Source: Escherichia phage OES_C-1. Taken from it: 64,000 bases of DNA. A program made the translations under genes and the position numbers. Shown one piece after another: positions 33,535-44,078 of this stretch. Positions within the stretch are counted from its first letter, which is position 1; the number at the start of each line of letters is the position of its first letter. Where the stretch lies: the sequence record PQ553088; one strand, given 5' to 3'. The notes beneath the pieces were generated by a model. The model ran no database searches. It saw nothing but the letters and a program-made list of their open reading frames with translations, and was not told the DNA's origin.

Positions 33535-36500
33535 ATGGCTACTTTAAAACAAATACAATTTAAAAGAAGCAAAACTGCAGGTCAACTTCCTGCTGCTTCA
33601 GTATTAGCCGAAGGTGAATTGGCTATAAACTTAAAAGATAAAACAATTTTCACAAAAGATGACTCAGGCAATGTTATAGAATTAGGTTTAAAATATGGAG
33701 GAACAATTGATGGTTCTTTAACTGTTAATGGAAATATAATTGGAAATTTAACAGGTAACGCTGCAACTGCAACGAAATTAAAAACAGCACGAAAAATTAA
33801 TGGTATATCTTTTGATGGGTCAAAGGACATTACCTTAACTCCATCTGACATAAATGTCAATAGCACAACATTTATAAAAAATAATGGCGAATTACCTACT
33901 GATGCTAATTTAGATACGTATGGGCCCATTGAAGAATATCTTGGTGTTTGGTCGAAATCTACTTCAACAAATGCGCAACCAGCAAATAAATTCCCAGAAG
34001 AAAATGCCGTAGGTGTACTAGAAGTGTTTGTGGCCGGCCAATTTGCTGGCACTCAGCGTTATACTGTAAGATCTGGTAACGTCTATATTCGTTCCTTATC
34101 TGCTAAATGGAATGGCGTCGATGGTCCATGGGGTGTGTGGCGTAATGTTCAAGCGTCAACTCGTCCACTTTCACAAACGATTGACCTTGATAGTTTGGGA
34201 GAATTAGAACATTGTGGCTTATGGCGAAACAGTTCAAGCGCAATCGCATCGTTTGACCGTCATTATCCAGAAGAAGGAACAGCCGCACAAGGATTTTTGG
34301 AAATTTTTGAGGGTGGTTTATACGCAAGAACTCAACGTTATACAACTAGATTTGGTGTTGTTTATACTCGCTGTCTTGCTGCTGCATGGGATGCATCTGC
34401 GCCTAAATGGGGACCGTGGCAACAAGTCGGTAATGTCACACCGGCGACTTTCTATGACGGAGACCTGAATGATTTTAAAGCTCCTGGGTTATATAACATT
34501 TTAGGCACTGACGCAGTTACTAACCGTCCAGTTGCAGAAGGCGTTCCGGTTGAGATGACCGCATTGCTTGAGGTTAAACAACGTGCTTCCGGTGGCGCTA
34601 TTTTCCAACGTTTCACTACCGCAGGAACGGGATCTACTACTCGCGGACGTATTTTTGAGCGTGCATATACTAATGGTGTTTGGGGTACATGGAACGAAGT
34701 ATACACATCTTATTCTCTACCAATTACTTTGGGTATGGGTGGTATTAAATCTAACTTAGCAGAGTTAGACTGGCAAACATTTGATTTTGTTCCTGGTAGT
34801 ATGTTTAGCGTTCCTTTGAACAAAATAAAGAACATGCCAGCAAATATGGATTGGGGGACGATTGATGGAAACTTGGTTATGTTTTCTGTCGGTCCTAGCG
34901 AACATACTAGCACAGGGCGTACTGTTCAGGTTTGGCGTGGTACTGTATCCCAGACAAACTATCGTTATTTTGTCGTTCGTGTATTCGGTAATTCAGGAAA
35001 TAGAACTTGCACAGTTCGTCGCGTTGTTCTTGAAGATGGTCGCCACAAATGGACAGCGCAGCAAGATTTTAATGGCGCAGTTAACTTCGGTGCTCCTACC
35101 AATTTTAACTCTACTGTTAACCTTAATAACACTACCACTTTTAAAACAGAAGTTAAATTTCGCTCATCTAATGCATTCCGTATGTATGGCGGAAAATTTG
35201 GTACAATTTTCCGTAATGATGGAGAGAGTCTTTATATTCTTTCTACCGACGAAGATGACCAAGATGGAAACTTTAATACAAATAGACCTTTCCGTTATGA
35301 ATTAAGAACTGGCGATGTTACTTTAGGTGGTGCTAGTGGTGCTAACGTTTTAAAATTAGAACGTGATTCTCTCACCGCATTTTTTGGTGGTGATATTAAC
35401 ATGAAAGGCTTGATGACTTTTGACGCCGGACGTTTAGGATCACGAGATTATTTTAAATTTAACCATTGGGGTGATAGTAATAATGCTCGTGATAACATCA
35501 TCCAGTTAGAAGATAGTCAAGGCGCTCATTTTTCCACTGAACGTACTTTAGCGACAGGTGCAATTAAAACTCGTTTCTTTGGCGAAACATTCACTGATGG
35601 TACATTATACCTAAATCAGATGAATAATAGCTCTGAACGATTCTCTATTAATAATTGGGGAAATTCAGAAGTTGGTCGCGCGGCAGTGATGGAAGTCAGT
35701 GATTCCAAAGGTTATCACTTCTATACGGAACGCAGGACAGATAACAGTTTGAATTTTGATGTTGCTGGCGCTTTTACCGTGCATGGATCTAGCGGGATCA
35801 CTATCAAAAACTCTGCTGGCGCTCGCCACATCTGGTTTAAAGATGATAGCGAATCGGAAAAGGCTGTTATCTGGGCTACAGATGAGGGTATTTTACATAT
35901 ACGAAATAATTATGGGGGTTCATTTAGTCATCACTTCCAGGGTGCAATGATTCTAGCGGGAGAGCGTGTTCCATATAATGGTGAATACGCTCTTATCCGT
36001 GGTAATATTTCAGGTGGTGCATGGGTAGACTGGCGAGAGCGTCCGGCTGGATTGTTGGTAGACTGTCAGGACTCACGAAATCAAGCATATAACATTTGGA
36101 AAGCTACTCATTGGGGCGAACAGCACCTTGCGGCGATGGGTGTTCATGCTGGCGGTGGTAATCCTCATGTTGTATTGCATGTGGGTGGGAATGATTATGC
36201 ATTTGCATCTAACGGTGATTTTACTGCTGGTGCTGCTGTATATTGTAACGACGTTTATACTCGTTCTGACCGTCGTCTGAAAATTAATGTTGAAGACTAC
36301 GAAGAGAATGCGGTGGATAAGGTAAATAAACTCAAAGTTAAAACCTATGATAAAGTTAAATCTCTTTCTGACCGCGAAGTTATCGGCCATGAGATTGGTA
36401 TTATCGCACAGGATTTGCAAGAAGTATTACAGGAAGCTGTTAGCACTTCTAGTGTCGGATCTCAGGATAACCCAGAAGAAATTTTAACAATTTCAAACTC

Positions 36501-36618
36501 TGCTGTGAACGCGCTTTTAATTAAGGCCATTCAGGAAATGAGTGAAGAAATTAAAGAATTGAAAACGCCTCTCTTTACTAAAATTGCTCGCAAAATTAGT
36601 AAATATTTTAAATTCTAA
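33535..36618 (+). CDS. 37: long tail fibre distal subunit
   Basis: 1027 aa; N-terminal region recognised as gp37; C-terminus is an intramolecular chaperone-like domain. Confidence 0.9.
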   Translation: MATLKQIQFKRSKTAGQLPAASVLAEGELAINLKDKTIFTKDDSGNVIELGLKYGGTIDGSLTVNGNIIGNLTGNAATATKLKTARKINGISFDGSKDITLTPSDINVNSTTFIKNNGELPTDANLDTYGPIEEYLGVWSKSTSTNAQPANKFPEENAVGVLEVFVAGQFAGTQRYTVRSGNVYIRSLSAKWNGVDGPWGVWRNVQASTRPLSQTIDLDSLGELEHCGLWRNSSSAIASFDRHYPEEGTAAQGFLEIFEGGLYARTQRYTTRFGVVYTRCLAAAWDASAPKWGPWQQVGNVTPATFYDGDLNDFKAPGLYNILGTDAVTNRPVAEGVPVEMTALLEVKQRASGGAIFQRFTTAGTGSTTRGRIFERAYTNGVWGTWNEVYTSYSLPITLGMGGIKSNLAELDWQTFDFVPGSMFSVPLNKIKNMPANMDWGTIDGNLVMFSVGPSEHTSTGRTVQVWRGTVSQTNYRYFVVRVFGNSGNRTCTVRRVVLEDGRHKWTAQQDFNGAVNFGAPTNFNSTVNLNNTTTFKTEVKFRSSNAFRMYGGKFGTIFRNDGESLYILSTDEDDQDGNFNTNRPFRYELRTGDVTLGGASGANVLKLERDSLTAFFGGDINMKGLMTFDAGRLGSRDYFKFNHWGDSNNARDNIIQLEDSQGAHFSTERTLATGAIKTRFFGETFTDGTLYLNQMNNSSERFSINNWGNSEVGRAAVMEVSDSKGYHFYTERRTDNSLNFDVAGAFTVHGSSGITIKNSAGARHIWFKDDSESEKAVIWATDEGILHIRNNYGGSFSHHFQGAMILAGERVPYNGEYALIRGNISGGAWVDWRERPAGLLVDCQDSRNQAYNIWKATHWGEQHLAAMGVHAGGGNPHVVLHVGGNDYAFASNGDFTAGAAVYCNDVYTRSDRRLKINVEDYEENAVDKVNKLKVKTYDKVKSLSDREVIGHEIGIIAQDLQEVLQEAVSTSSVGSQDNPEEILTISNSAVNALLIKAIQEMSEEIKELKTPLFTKIARKISKYFKF
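36265..36618 (+). other. C-terminal intramolecular-chaperone (peptidase S74-like) domain of gp37, predicted self-cleavage after Ser911
   Basis: ...YTRS|[29 protein letters not shown]...[16 protein letters not shown]...[17 protein letters not shown] matches the SD(R)RLK...IAQ...LIKAIQE pattern of endosialidase/T5 fibre chaperone domains. Confidence 0.6.
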
Positions 36619-36654
36619 CAACAAGGGGGAAATGCCCCCTTTGGAGTATAAATT

Positions 36655-37437
36655 ATGGCAGTAGTTGGAGTTCCTGGCTGGATTGGAAGTTCAGCCGTAA
36701 ATGAAACGGGTCAGCGCTGGATGAGTCAAGCAGCTGGTCAATTAAGATTGGGTGTTCCTTGCTGGATGAGTCAATTTGCAGGTCGCTCAAGAGAAATTAT
36801 TCATACACTTGGAGCAGACCATAACTTCAATGGTCAATGGTTCCGAGATAGATGTTTTGAGGCAGGTAGTACACCTATAGTGTTTAATATCACTGGAGAT
36901 TTAGTATCATATTCTAAAGATGTTCCTTTATTCTTCATGTATGGAGATACACCAAATGAATATGTTCAGTTAAATATACATGGCGTAACGATGTATGGTC
37001 GTGGAGGTAATGGCGGTAGCAATAGTCCTGGCTCAGCTGGAGGTCATTGTATTCAAAACGATATTGGTGGGAGACTAAGAATTAATAATGGCGGAGCTAT
37101 TGCTGGCGGTGGCGGTGGCGGTGGCGGCGGATATTATTCTCCTTTTTCACAAATGAGATTGACCTTTGGCGGTGGTGGCGGTCGTCCGTTTGGCGCGCCG
37201 GGCGGATCTATTGATATGCAATCAGGAGCAACTGCTGGTACTATTTCTGCACCAGGCTCAGGGTCTGTGAACGGTATCTATAGCGGCGGGTCTGGTGGTG
37301 AAGTTGGCTCCGCAGGAGGTAGATGTAATATTCGTGGTCAAGGATATGAATACGATGGCGGTGCTGCTGGTTATGCCGTCATAGGGTCTACACCGACATG
37401 GCAAAACGTTGGAGCAATATATGGTCCAAGAGTATAA
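36655..37437 (+). CDS. 38: T2-type receptor-recognising adhesin
   Basis: 260 aa; conserved N-terminus [22 protein letters not shown]... followed by glycine-rich motifs alternating with variable segments. Confidence 0.85.
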   Translation: MAVVGVPGWIGSSAVNETGQRWMSQAAGQLRLGVPCWMSQFAGRSREIIHTLGADHNFNGQWFRDRCFEAGSTPIVFNITGDLVSYSKDVPLFFMYGDTPNEYVQLNIHGVTMYGRGGNGGSNSPGSAGGHCIQNDIGGRLRINNGGAIAGGGGGGGGGYYSPFSQMRLTFGGGGGRPFGAPGGSIDMQSGATAGTISAPGSGSVNGIYSGGSGGEVGSAGGRCNIRGQGYEYDGGAAGYAVIGSTPTWQNVGAIYGPRV

Positions 37438-37467
37438 TTTGAATAAATATCCTTAAAAGGAGGGTCT

Positions 37468-38124
37468 ATGGCAGCACCTAGAATATCATTTTCGCCCTCT
37501 GATATTCTGTTGGGTGTTCTAGATCGCTTGTTCAAAGATAACGCTACCGGGAATGTTCTTGCTTCCCGGGTAGCTGTCGTAATTCTTTTATTTATGATGG
37601 CGATTGTTTGGTATAGGGGAGATAGTTTCTTTGAGTACTATAAGCAATCAAAGTATGAAACATACAGTGAAATTATTGAAAAGGAAAGAAATGCACGCTT
37701 TGAATCTGTCGCCCTGGAACAACTCCAGATAGTTCATATATCATCTGAGGCAGACTTTAGTGCGGTGTATTCTTTCCGCCCTAAAAACTTAAACTATTTT
37801 GTTGATATTATAGCATATGAAGGAAAATTACCTTCAACAATAAGCGAAAAATCACTTGGAGGATATCCTGTTGATAAAACTATGGATGAATATACAGTTC
37901 ATTTAAATGGACGTCATTATTATTCCGACTCAAAATTTGCTTTTTTGCCAACTAAAAAGCCTACTCCCGAAATAAATTACATGTACAGTTGTCCATATTT
38001 TAATTTGGATAATATCTATGCTGGAACAATAACCATGTACTGGTATAGAAATGATCATATAAGTAATGACCGCCTTGAATCAATATGTGCTCAGGCGGCC
38101 AGAATATTAGGAAGGGCTAAATAA
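37468..38124 (+). CDS. t: holin
   Basis: 218 aa; single N-terminal TMD and large periplasmic domain; sequence recognised. Confidence 0.9.
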   Translation: MAAPRISFSPSDILLGVLDRLFKDNATGNVLASRVAVVILLFMMAIVWYRGDSFFEYYKQSKYETYSEIIEKERNARFESVALEQLQIVHISSEADFSAVYSFRPKNLNYFVDIIAYEGKLPSTISEKSLGGYPVDKTMDEYTVHLNGRHYYSDSKFAFLPTKKPTPEINYMYSCPYFNLDNIYAGTITMYWYRNDHISNDRLESICAQAARILGRAK

Positions 38125-38397
38125 TTATTTGTTCGTATACATCTCTAGATATCGATATACACCCTCAAAACCCTCGTTGAATTCGTCGATGAGGGTTTTC
38201 TTATCTTCTTGAGTTAATTCAGAAACAATTTTACGGAATGAATTCTGATTTAACTTTCTACCTTCATGCGTTACTCCAATCTCATTCAGAAATGCAATAA
38301 AATTAGCACGATTCTCAACAATATCTTCTCTGGAAAATTTAATCAAAATAGACGCAACAGTAATAATTTCACGAACTGTATCAATGTTTTTATTCAT
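38125..38397 (-). CDS. asiA: anti-sigma70 factor AsiA
   Basis: 90 aa; sequence recognised. Confidence 0.9.
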   Translation of the reverse strand: MNKNIDTVREIITVASILIKFSREDIVENRANFIAFLNEIGVTHEGRKLNQNSFRKIVSELTQEDKKTLIDEFNEGFEGVYRYLEMYTNK

Positions 38398-38409
38398 TAA
38401 CTATACCAC

Positions 38410-38562
38410 TCAATTAGTTGACTTTATTATAATATCATCAGACACTTGATTTGTAAACTGGTCTGTGTTATTTTCTTCAAAAATTTTTTCTACGAATTCC
38501 TTGAACGACTCACGTTCCTGAGCTACATTATGCTCGATTACCTTTTCAAGATTATGACTCAT
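38410..38562 (-). CDS. hypothetical small acidic protein (50 aa)
   Basis: Not in ORF track; ATG overlaps the arn stop (ATGA); MSHNLEKVIEHNVAQERESF... Confidence 0.35.
   Translation of the reverse strand: MSHNLEKVIEHNVAQERESFKEFVEKIFEENNTDQFTNQVSDDIIIKSTN
38424..38459 (-). promoter_or_regulatory. early promoter upstream of asiA
   Basis: gtaaac 38453-38458 and ttattataat 38425-38434. Confidence 0.45.
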
Positions 38563-38837
38563 TCGAAATAATCTTCAATTTCGTAATCATGGACGTAAAA
38601 CATTATAGTTTTTAATACATCATCAATACTTTTTCCTGGAGCTGGAATTACGTAAAAATAACCCGCCTTTGAGTTATCTTTATAAGTTCCAACCAAGAAA
38701 TCATTATTCTTAAGATGTAGTTCTTCAACTAATTCATTGACAATTGAGTGGTATAAATTTGGTAGAAACTTATATAGCTTTTCTAGAATATCAATTTTGA
38801 TTGTGTATTGAACCACAGATTGAGAATCAATAATCAT
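38559..38837 (-). CDS. arn: Arn anti-restriction (McrBC inhibitor)
   Basis: 92 aa; sequence recognised. Confidence 0.85.
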   Translation of the reverse strand: MIIDSQSVVQYTIKIDILEKLYKFLPNLYHSIVNELVEELHLKNNDFLVGTYKDNSKAGYFYVIPAPGKSIDDVLKTIMFYVHDYEIEDYFE

Positions 38838-38920
38838 AGACCTTCCCCTTATGTTTCTGTTTGCGATTAGATTCTTTAAACGCTTTCTTCTTATCCTTAT
38901 GAACAGAAGCTTTATTAAAA

Positions 38921-39139
38921 TTATGTTTTGCGACTAAATTGTTCATAGTGCTGAATTACCTCTCTTAAACATTTGCATGTGAATGAAAACTTTTTAGCTA
39001 CACCACATTCAAATATATGTTCTCTTAAATCACGCGTGTCAGTATATCCCATCTCAACGATAAAATGCCGTATTAGATTTTTATCTTTATCATTGAGAGA
39101 ATTAAAATAATCGGATTTTGAATTAATTTCCCTGGCCAA
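38921..39139 (-). CDS. hypothetical protein (72 aa)
   Basis: ORF track. Confidence 0.45.
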   Translation of the reverse strand: MAREINSKSDYFNSLNDKDKNLIRHFIVEMGYTDTRDLREHIFECGVAKKFSFTCKCLREVIQHYEQFSRKT

Positions 39140-39419
39140 ATTGAATCACCTTCAGTTGACGTTTTAGCTCTTTTATCATTTCTTCGTTCATCGCAATATA
39201 AAGATCACGTAAAGCAGGTTTTAGCATTCCATTTATTGGGGAACTAAATGGACATACATAATCTTTTCCTACGAGCTTTTTAGTGAATTCCATATTACAG
39301 AACTGAAATGCCGGCTCATTGGCATAAATTCCCCATTTGGTTGACATCATTTTATTGGCATATTCCAATGCTTGAATTTGATTAGTAATTCCATCAATTT
39401 GAAACTTTTTAATATTCAT
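39123..39419 (-). CDS. hypothetical protein (98 aa)
   Basis: ORF track. Confidence 0.45.
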   Translation of the reverse strand: MNIKKFQIDGITNQIQALEYANKMMSTKWGIYANEPAFQFCNMEFTKKLVGKDYVCPFSSPINGMLKPALRDLYIAMNEEMIKELKRQLKVIQFGQGN

Positions 39420-39886
39420 TAGTAAAGGTCCTCAGAGTAAAGTTCTTTTTCACTACCACCACGTTCAATACGCACTTGTCCAGCGTAAGTTGCAATAATC
39501 ATTGCTTCTTCACGTGTCCAGTAATTGCTATACTGGTCAATAAATCCTTGGTCTTCACCACAAACATGGTCTGATACAAGTTTATCACTTACCTGGTCAA
39601 GAACTTCAGCCATATCTTTAGAATAATGACGAGCACCAGGAATAACCAGAGTCCCACCATCTTTTAACTTAAAGCGGTTGGCTGCACACACAATTCGACG
39701 TTGATATTTTTCATTATTGTTCCAATGAGCTACTTGCCAACAGATTTCAGGAACCTCTTCTAAAACATCCTCTTCCGTATATTCGGTGTAGTCGCCATAG
39801 GCCTGTAATTTAGCTGCTAGACTTTCTGGAGTTTCACGTAATAAAGCCAGGTCTAATAATTCAAGACGCTCTTTGAAGGTTTTCAT
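39419..39886 (-). CDS. hypothetical acidic protein (155 aa)
   Basis: ORF track. Confidence 0.5.
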   Translation of the reverse strand: MKTFKERLELLDLALLRETPESLAAKLQAYGDYTEYTEEDVLEEVPEICWQVAHWNNNEKYQRRIVCAANRFKLKDGGTLVIPGARHYSKDMAEVLDQVSDKLVSDHVCGEDQGFIDQYSNYWTREEAMIIATYAGQVRIERGGSEKELYSEDLY

Positions 39887-40038
39887 TTGGTTTCCTCAAC
39901 ACTTTTAATTTTTATAGCTTGTTTAGAACTTTCAAAGCATTGACAATATACTCTTACCGCATCAAACTGGTTGGCCGCTTTAAGATGGACTACACCTTCG
40001 CCGTTATAAAATTCTACGACAATTTTAAATGTTTTCAT
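39883..40038 (-). CDS. hypothetical small protein (51 aa, [15 protein letters not shown]...)
   Basis: Not in ORF track; ATGA overlaps at both ends with flanking genes. Confidence 0.4.
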   Translation of the reverse strand: MKTFKIVVEFYNGEGVVHLKAANQFDAVRVYCQCFESSKQAIKIKSVEETK

Positions 40039-40364
40039 TTAAACCATCCTTTAATACGTTGCCATAAAGTTTTCTGTTGAGCTTTGTTAACACCAATTGA
40101 ACGAATAACTGGTTGAGATTCCTGAAATTCTTTATAATCAGCAAGGTAAATTTCGTAAGCTGCATCCGTAAATGAACTTATCGCTGCCATAAAATTATTG
40201 CGAATACCTACTGGAGCATCTTTACTTTCACGAATAATCATGTATTTACTAGTCTTAATCTTTACGATAGTTCCAAGATAAGCTCCATGGTACCAGATGT
40301 CCCAACCCTCTTGAGTAGGTTCTACACAACGACGAAGTTCATTGACAATTTCTAACTTGTTCAT
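40035..40364 (-). CDS. hypothetical protein (109 aa)
   Basis: ORF track. Confidence 0.5.
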   Translation of the reverse strand: MNKLEIVNELRRCVEPTQEGWDIWYHGAYLGTIVKIKTSKYMIIRESKDAPVGIRNNFMAAISSFTDAAYEIYLADYKEFQESQPVIRSIGVNKAQQKTLWQRIKGWFK

Positions 40365-40374
40365 TATTTATTCC

Positions 40375-41010
40375 TCACAGTTCAGATGCTACAGTGATTA
40401 CAGCTTCAATGTTTTCTGCCGAGCGTTTAATGTCAAGATACACATTACCGTTTTTAGCGATTTTACATGACATTCCGATATCAGTAAATTTCTGAATATG
40501 ATGTTCCATCATTTTGTATCCAAAAATTCGCATATTTCCATTGTTATTAATTTCAAAATTACGAATTCCGTGAGTGCGTTTTTCTAAAATAGCAAGATAG
40601 TTACTGCGGTAAGTTTCAACCTTTTTAAGAACAAATCCATTTTCATCTAAAAGTTTTAGCATAAGGTCTTTATCTTCTTCCATATCAGAAGTAATTTCGC
40701 GAGCTTTACGAGTTGCTCGTTTTTTCAGCAGTTCCGGAGCGTTTTCCTGTGCGTATAAAGTTGCTGCATTTGAAATAATATCCTGAGCTTCACCAGTAAT
40801 GATTAATCCATCACCAGATTTCTCCACCAGGCCTTTTTTAATCAATACCCCAATATTACTATTAACTACTGCGTTACCTAAATCTGGATGCACCTCACGA
40901 ACTTCTGCGGCTGTAATGAAATCTTTCTTAGCAATGGTAATTAAAATCGCAGCAGTTTTTTCATTCAGAACATCGTTAGAAGCTTTGATGATGTAAGTTA
41001 CTTTAGACAT
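40375..41010 (-). CDS. motA: MotA middle-transcription activator
   Basis: 211 aa; sequence recognised. Confidence 0.9.
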   Translation of the reverse strand: MSKVTYIIKASNDVLNEKTAAILITIAKKDFITAAEVREVHPDLGNAVVNSNIGVLIKKGLVEKSGDGLIITGEAQDIISNAATLYAQENAPELLKKRATRKAREITSDMEEDKDLMLKLLDENGFVLKKVETYRSNYLAILEKRTHGIRNFEINNNGNMRIFGYKMMEHHIQKFTDIGMSCKIAKNGNVYLDIKRSAENIEAVITVASEL

Positions 41011-41115
41011 TTTAATCTCCGTTTCAGTTCATTTATTTGATAGATCTATAGTATCATGTTTAAAGCAGAAGTAAACACTTTTTTGCACTCTTTTTCAAGA
41101 GCTCTAATAAAGTAC

Positions 41116-41343
41116 TTACTTAATGTTCAGATTACGAACTTCGATTTCGTCTTCATGGGCAAAATCAAACTGTTTGAATTCTGTGTCACCTTTAAATTTA
41201 AAAATCATTGTGAAGAAAGTCAGAACACCAGGTTTTTCTTCACGAACTCCACAGATATCATATTCAATACCATCTACAACCAGTTTGTTAGCAGTCAGAG
41301 CATTTTTAGCTTTAACGATTTCGTTTTCGATTTTAAATTTCAT
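41116..41343 (-). CDS. hypothetical protein (75 aa)
   Basis: ORF track; early promoter upstream. Confidence 0.5.
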   Translation of the reverse strand: MKFKIENEIVKAKNALTANKLVVDGIEYDICGVREEKPGVLTFFTMIFKFKGDTEFKQFDFAHEDEIEVRNLNIK

Positions 41344-41387
41344 TTTTGTATCTCCGGGTTGTTTGTTTCAGTTCATTTATTTGATAG

Positions 41388-41423
41388 TTGTATAGTACCA
41401 CAGTATGCTTTGGTTGTAAACCG
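41388..41423 (-). promoter_or_regulatory. T4 early promoter (-35 GTTTAC / -10 TACTAT)
   Basis: gtaaac 41416-41421, tatagtac 41391-41398; cassette near-identical to 24440-24504. Confidence 0.5.
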
Positions 41424-41443
41424 TTTTGTGAAAAAATTTTTGA

Positions 41444-41472
41444 AATAAAAAAGGGAGAGCCGAGGCTCTCCC
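41444..41472 (-). terminator. rho-independent terminator
   Basis: gggagagc-cgag-gctctccc hairpin followed by a U-run on the minus strand. Confidence 0.55.
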
Positions 41473-41477
41473 TAAAA

Positions 41478-41627
41478 TTACTGCATGACTGTGATAACTG
41501 TCATGATAACACGTTGAATTCCGAACGCAAGAAGACCTCCTGCTACGGCAGGAACAACACCTAAACCCGCCAGTAAAATGCCACCAGATACTAATGCAGC
41601 GCTTGTGATACCAATGAATGGACTCAT
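41478..41627 (-). CDS. small hydrophobic membrane protein (49 aa)
   Basis: Not in ORF track; ATGA overlap with the gene 52 stop; MSPFIGITSAALVSGGILLAGLGVVPAVAGG... Confidence 0.45.
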   Translation of the reverse strand: MSPFIGITSAALVSGGILLAGLGVVPAVAGGLLAFGIQRVIMTVITVMQ

Positions 41628-42952
41628 TTGATTTCCTCTAAATCTTTGGTGTATTCTGTAACTACATCAGTAGTTTTCCAATATTCGTTTTCTTCTTTTT
41701 TGGCTTTAGCTTCTTCAGCAAGTTTCTTTGCTTCGTCGGAAGTCATATGAAAAATGTTCATTCCAACTAGTTTATCAACATAAGAAGAATACATATCAAT
41801 TTTAGAAAGTTCTTCGGTCAGTTCTTTGCGAGTTTTACCTTGTACAACAATTTCACCTGAAATTACTTTCTTAATGAAATGTGCCTTGGCAAAAGCTAAA
41901 CGAAATGCTGATTCAGTTTCTTTGATTTTGTTATCAATTCGTTTTTGGACATAAGTTTTACGAACTTCAACGAAGTCTTTGATTAAATCAACTACATTAT
42001 CGTAAACTTGCAGCTTTCCTTTCTCATTAATGACGGTAATATTCTGGGAACGACGCTCAATCAACCCGAAGTCTTTCATAATTTTTGCATGGCGTTCTTC
42101 TTCATTATCGCTCAAAGAGTATTCTTTTCGGAATTTAACTTTGAAGCCAAAGCCATGCTCACCACAAGCATCATCCCATGTAATGAAGCCTTTATCTTCA
42201 AGCGGGTCTAAGATTTTACTCACATAAGTTTCACGATCATACTTATATGGAATCTCAGTGATATGCATTTGAGTTCGTGAAGTAAACTTATATGTTCCAC
42301 GAATTTCATATTGCCCATCAATTTCAACGACTTCACCACGAAATTCTGGGAATTCTACCTTCGGTTTAGTTACTTTCTTTCCTTGAAGAGCTTGCAGTAC
42401 AGCTTTCTTGACAGAAGAAACACTATGAGGAAGAATGTAAGTTGCATAACCAGTTGCAATACCGGAAACGCCATTAAGAAGAACAGTAGGAATAATAGGC
42501 AAATAGAAAGCAGGCGGAATGTGTTCTTTATCTTGATGTACTGGAGCATATTCAGTATCTTTATATACGTTATAGAAATTTTTACTTACACGAGCAAAAA
42601 TATAACGACTTGCTGCTGCCTTTTGGACAGTACGAGAACCAAAGTTTCCTTGACCGTCTAACAGAGGAAAGTTATTATTCCAAGTGTTAGCCATCAAAGC
42701 ACCTGCGTCTTGCGCAGAGTTTTCACCATGATGATATCCAAGGTCCGCTACACCGCCTGCGATAGAAGCGAGTTTGTGAAACTTATCTTTATTTCCTCGT
42801 GCCAAATCAAGAGCTCGAGCAATAACAAATCGTTGAACTGGCTTAAATCCGTCAATCATATTTGGAATGGCACGATTTTCAACCGTGTACATAGCATAAG
42901 CCAATGCTTCATTATCAATGATACTTTTTAAATCACGATTATTCAGTTGCAT
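41624..42952 (-). CDS. 52: DNA topoisomerase II medium subunit (GyrA/ParC-like)
   Basis: 442 aa; sequence recognised. Confidence 0.9.
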   Translation of the reverse strand: MQLNNRDLKSIIDNEALAYAMYTVENRAIPNMIDGFKPVQRFVIARALDLARGNKDKFHKLASIAGGVADLGYHHGENSAQDAGALMANTWNNNFPLLDGQGNFGSRTVQKAAASRYIFARVSKNFYNVYKDTEYAPVHQDKEHIPPAFYLPIIPTVLLNGVSGIATGYATYILPHSVSSVKKAVLQALQGKKVTKPKVEFPEFRGEVVEIDGQYEIRGTYKFTSRTQMHITEIPYKYDRETYVSKILDPLEDKGFITWDDACGEHGFGFKVKFRKEYSLSDNEEERHAKIMKDFGLIERRSQNITVINEKGKLQVYDNVVDLIKDFVEVRKTYVQKRIDNKIKETESAFRLAFAKAHFIKKVISGEIVVQGKTRKELTEELSKIDMYSSYVDKLVGMNIFHMTSDEAKKLAEEAKAKKEENEYWKTTDVVTEYTKDLEEIK

Positions 42953-42956
42953 AAAT

Positions 42957-43097
42957 TTACCATACTAGTGAATGTAGTGCCATAATAACATCAGAAATGA
43001 AAAGCACGACTTGAATTAATCCGAACATTATTCCGTAATATAATGCTATCAATAAAATAGCAAGGGCTAATGAATAGCCCAAGATTTTCTTAATCAT
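42957..43097 (-). CDS. small hydrophobic protein (46 aa; 52.1-like position)
   Basis: Not in ORF track; MIKKILGYSLALAILLIALYYG...; overlaps the ac stop by 8 nt. Confidence 0.4.
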   Translation of the reverse strand: MIKKILGYSLALAILLIALYYGIMFGLIQVVLFISDVIMALHSLVW

Positions 43098-43248
43098 TAG
43101 TAGATAACAACACAAATGTTAAATATGCACACATACCCTGAGCTAAAGCTTGCGAAAACACACTGCTGGCATCAATACAGATAGTTAAAACACATGCTAC
43201 TATCCAACAAATAAATGAAATAACTCCTAATAATTTTGCGATATTCAT
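43090..43248 (-). CDS. ac: Ac acriflavine-sensitivity membrane protein
   Basis: Not in ORF track; 52-aa hydrophobic ORF immediately upstream of ndd-proximal stp, as in T4. Confidence 0.5.
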   Translation of the reverse strand: MNIAKLLGVISFICWIVACVLTICIDASSVFSQALAQGMCAYLTFVLLSTND

Positions 43249-43255
43249 ATTTTCC

Positions 43256-43336
43256 TCACTGGCGTCCGAAGACGCCTTTAGTTTTAAGATTATTACGATA
43301 GAACTGCATCACGTGTTCGTTGTGGAAATTACTCAT
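43256..43336 (-). CDS. stp: Stp peptide (26 aa), modulator of host EcoprrI restriction / PrrC anticodon nuclease
   Basis: Not in ORF track; translates to [26 protein letters not shown]; ATG overlaps the ndd stop. Confidence 0.75.
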
Positions 43337-43794
43337 TAATATGCCTGCAAAACAAATTTAAAGTTATCAGCCAACATACGATTCATTTCTTCAAGCGTTT
43401 GATACTCAGAATGATGATTACGAGTAAACGCTAAAGCTAACTGACCTTTTCCAAATCCCGTCGTCAGAGGTTTCATCTTAGAAGCAGGTAGATAAAATAC
43501 CGTGTATGGAACATTGTTATTTGCAATAGTACGCGCAAGCTGAGATCGACGCTGGCGAATATGACTTAGAACTGCACTGAATCCTTGCTTAGAACGCTGA
43601 TTACCTACATAAAATCGTGCAGATACACATGGATTACTAAATGGACGACCATCTAATTTACTTACTAAAAAATAAAATCCAGGTTTAGATAAAATATCTT
43701 TATGCGGAGTTCCCAAAAACCACTCACCACCCTTGATTGTACCAATAACAGTTGCGCCTGCGTTATTCAGATCAGTAACAGTCATGTATTTCAT
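43336..43794 (-). CDS. ndd: Ndd nucleoid disruption protein
   Basis: 152 aa from [13 protein letters not shown] (track ORF has 16 extra N-terminal codons). Confidence 0.85.
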
Positions 43795-43854
43795 ATTAAT
43801 TTCCTCTAAATTATTTTCTACTCCAAGGCCGCATGAATACACACGGCCGATAAA

Positions 43855-44070
43855 TTAATCGTCGCAGGCGACGCTCAACTCCCAGAACTCTTCTACAGTA
43901 TAAGTTTCAGTATCATTTTCAATACAGAAACGTTCATTACTGTTATTTACTAAAGTAGCGTTAACTGTCATTTTCTCGCTAGTGCTCTTAAGAGGTGAAA
44001 TACGAATTAACTGATCACCGTTATCTAAACAAAAAATTTCACCAACTTTTACATCTTTAAAACTTTTCAT
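43855..44070 (-). CDS. hypothetical protein (71 aa)
   Basis: ORF track; GAGGTG SD. Confidence 0.5.
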   Translation of the reverse strand: MKSFKDVKVGEIFCLDNGDQLIRISPLKSTSEKMTVNATLVNNSNERFCIENDTETYTVEEFWELSVACDD

Positions 44071-44078
44071 AATTCACC

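Noticed and set aside
33582-34052. Minus-strand ORFs inside the plus-strand tail-fibre genes (also 29236..29478, 34103..34345, 34452..34913, 36073..36420)
   Set aside because: They overlap gp34/gp37 coding sequence antisense; no independent support.
36640-36654. TATAAATT upstream of gene 38 as a late promoter
   Set aside because: One mismatch to TATAAATA; gene 38 may simply be co-transcribed with gene 37. Left uncalled.
37040-37330. Glycine-codon-rich repetitive DNA considered as a CRISPR array or VNTR
   Set aside because: It lies in frame within gene 38 and encodes the glycine-rich motifs of the adhesin; no repeat-spacer architecture.
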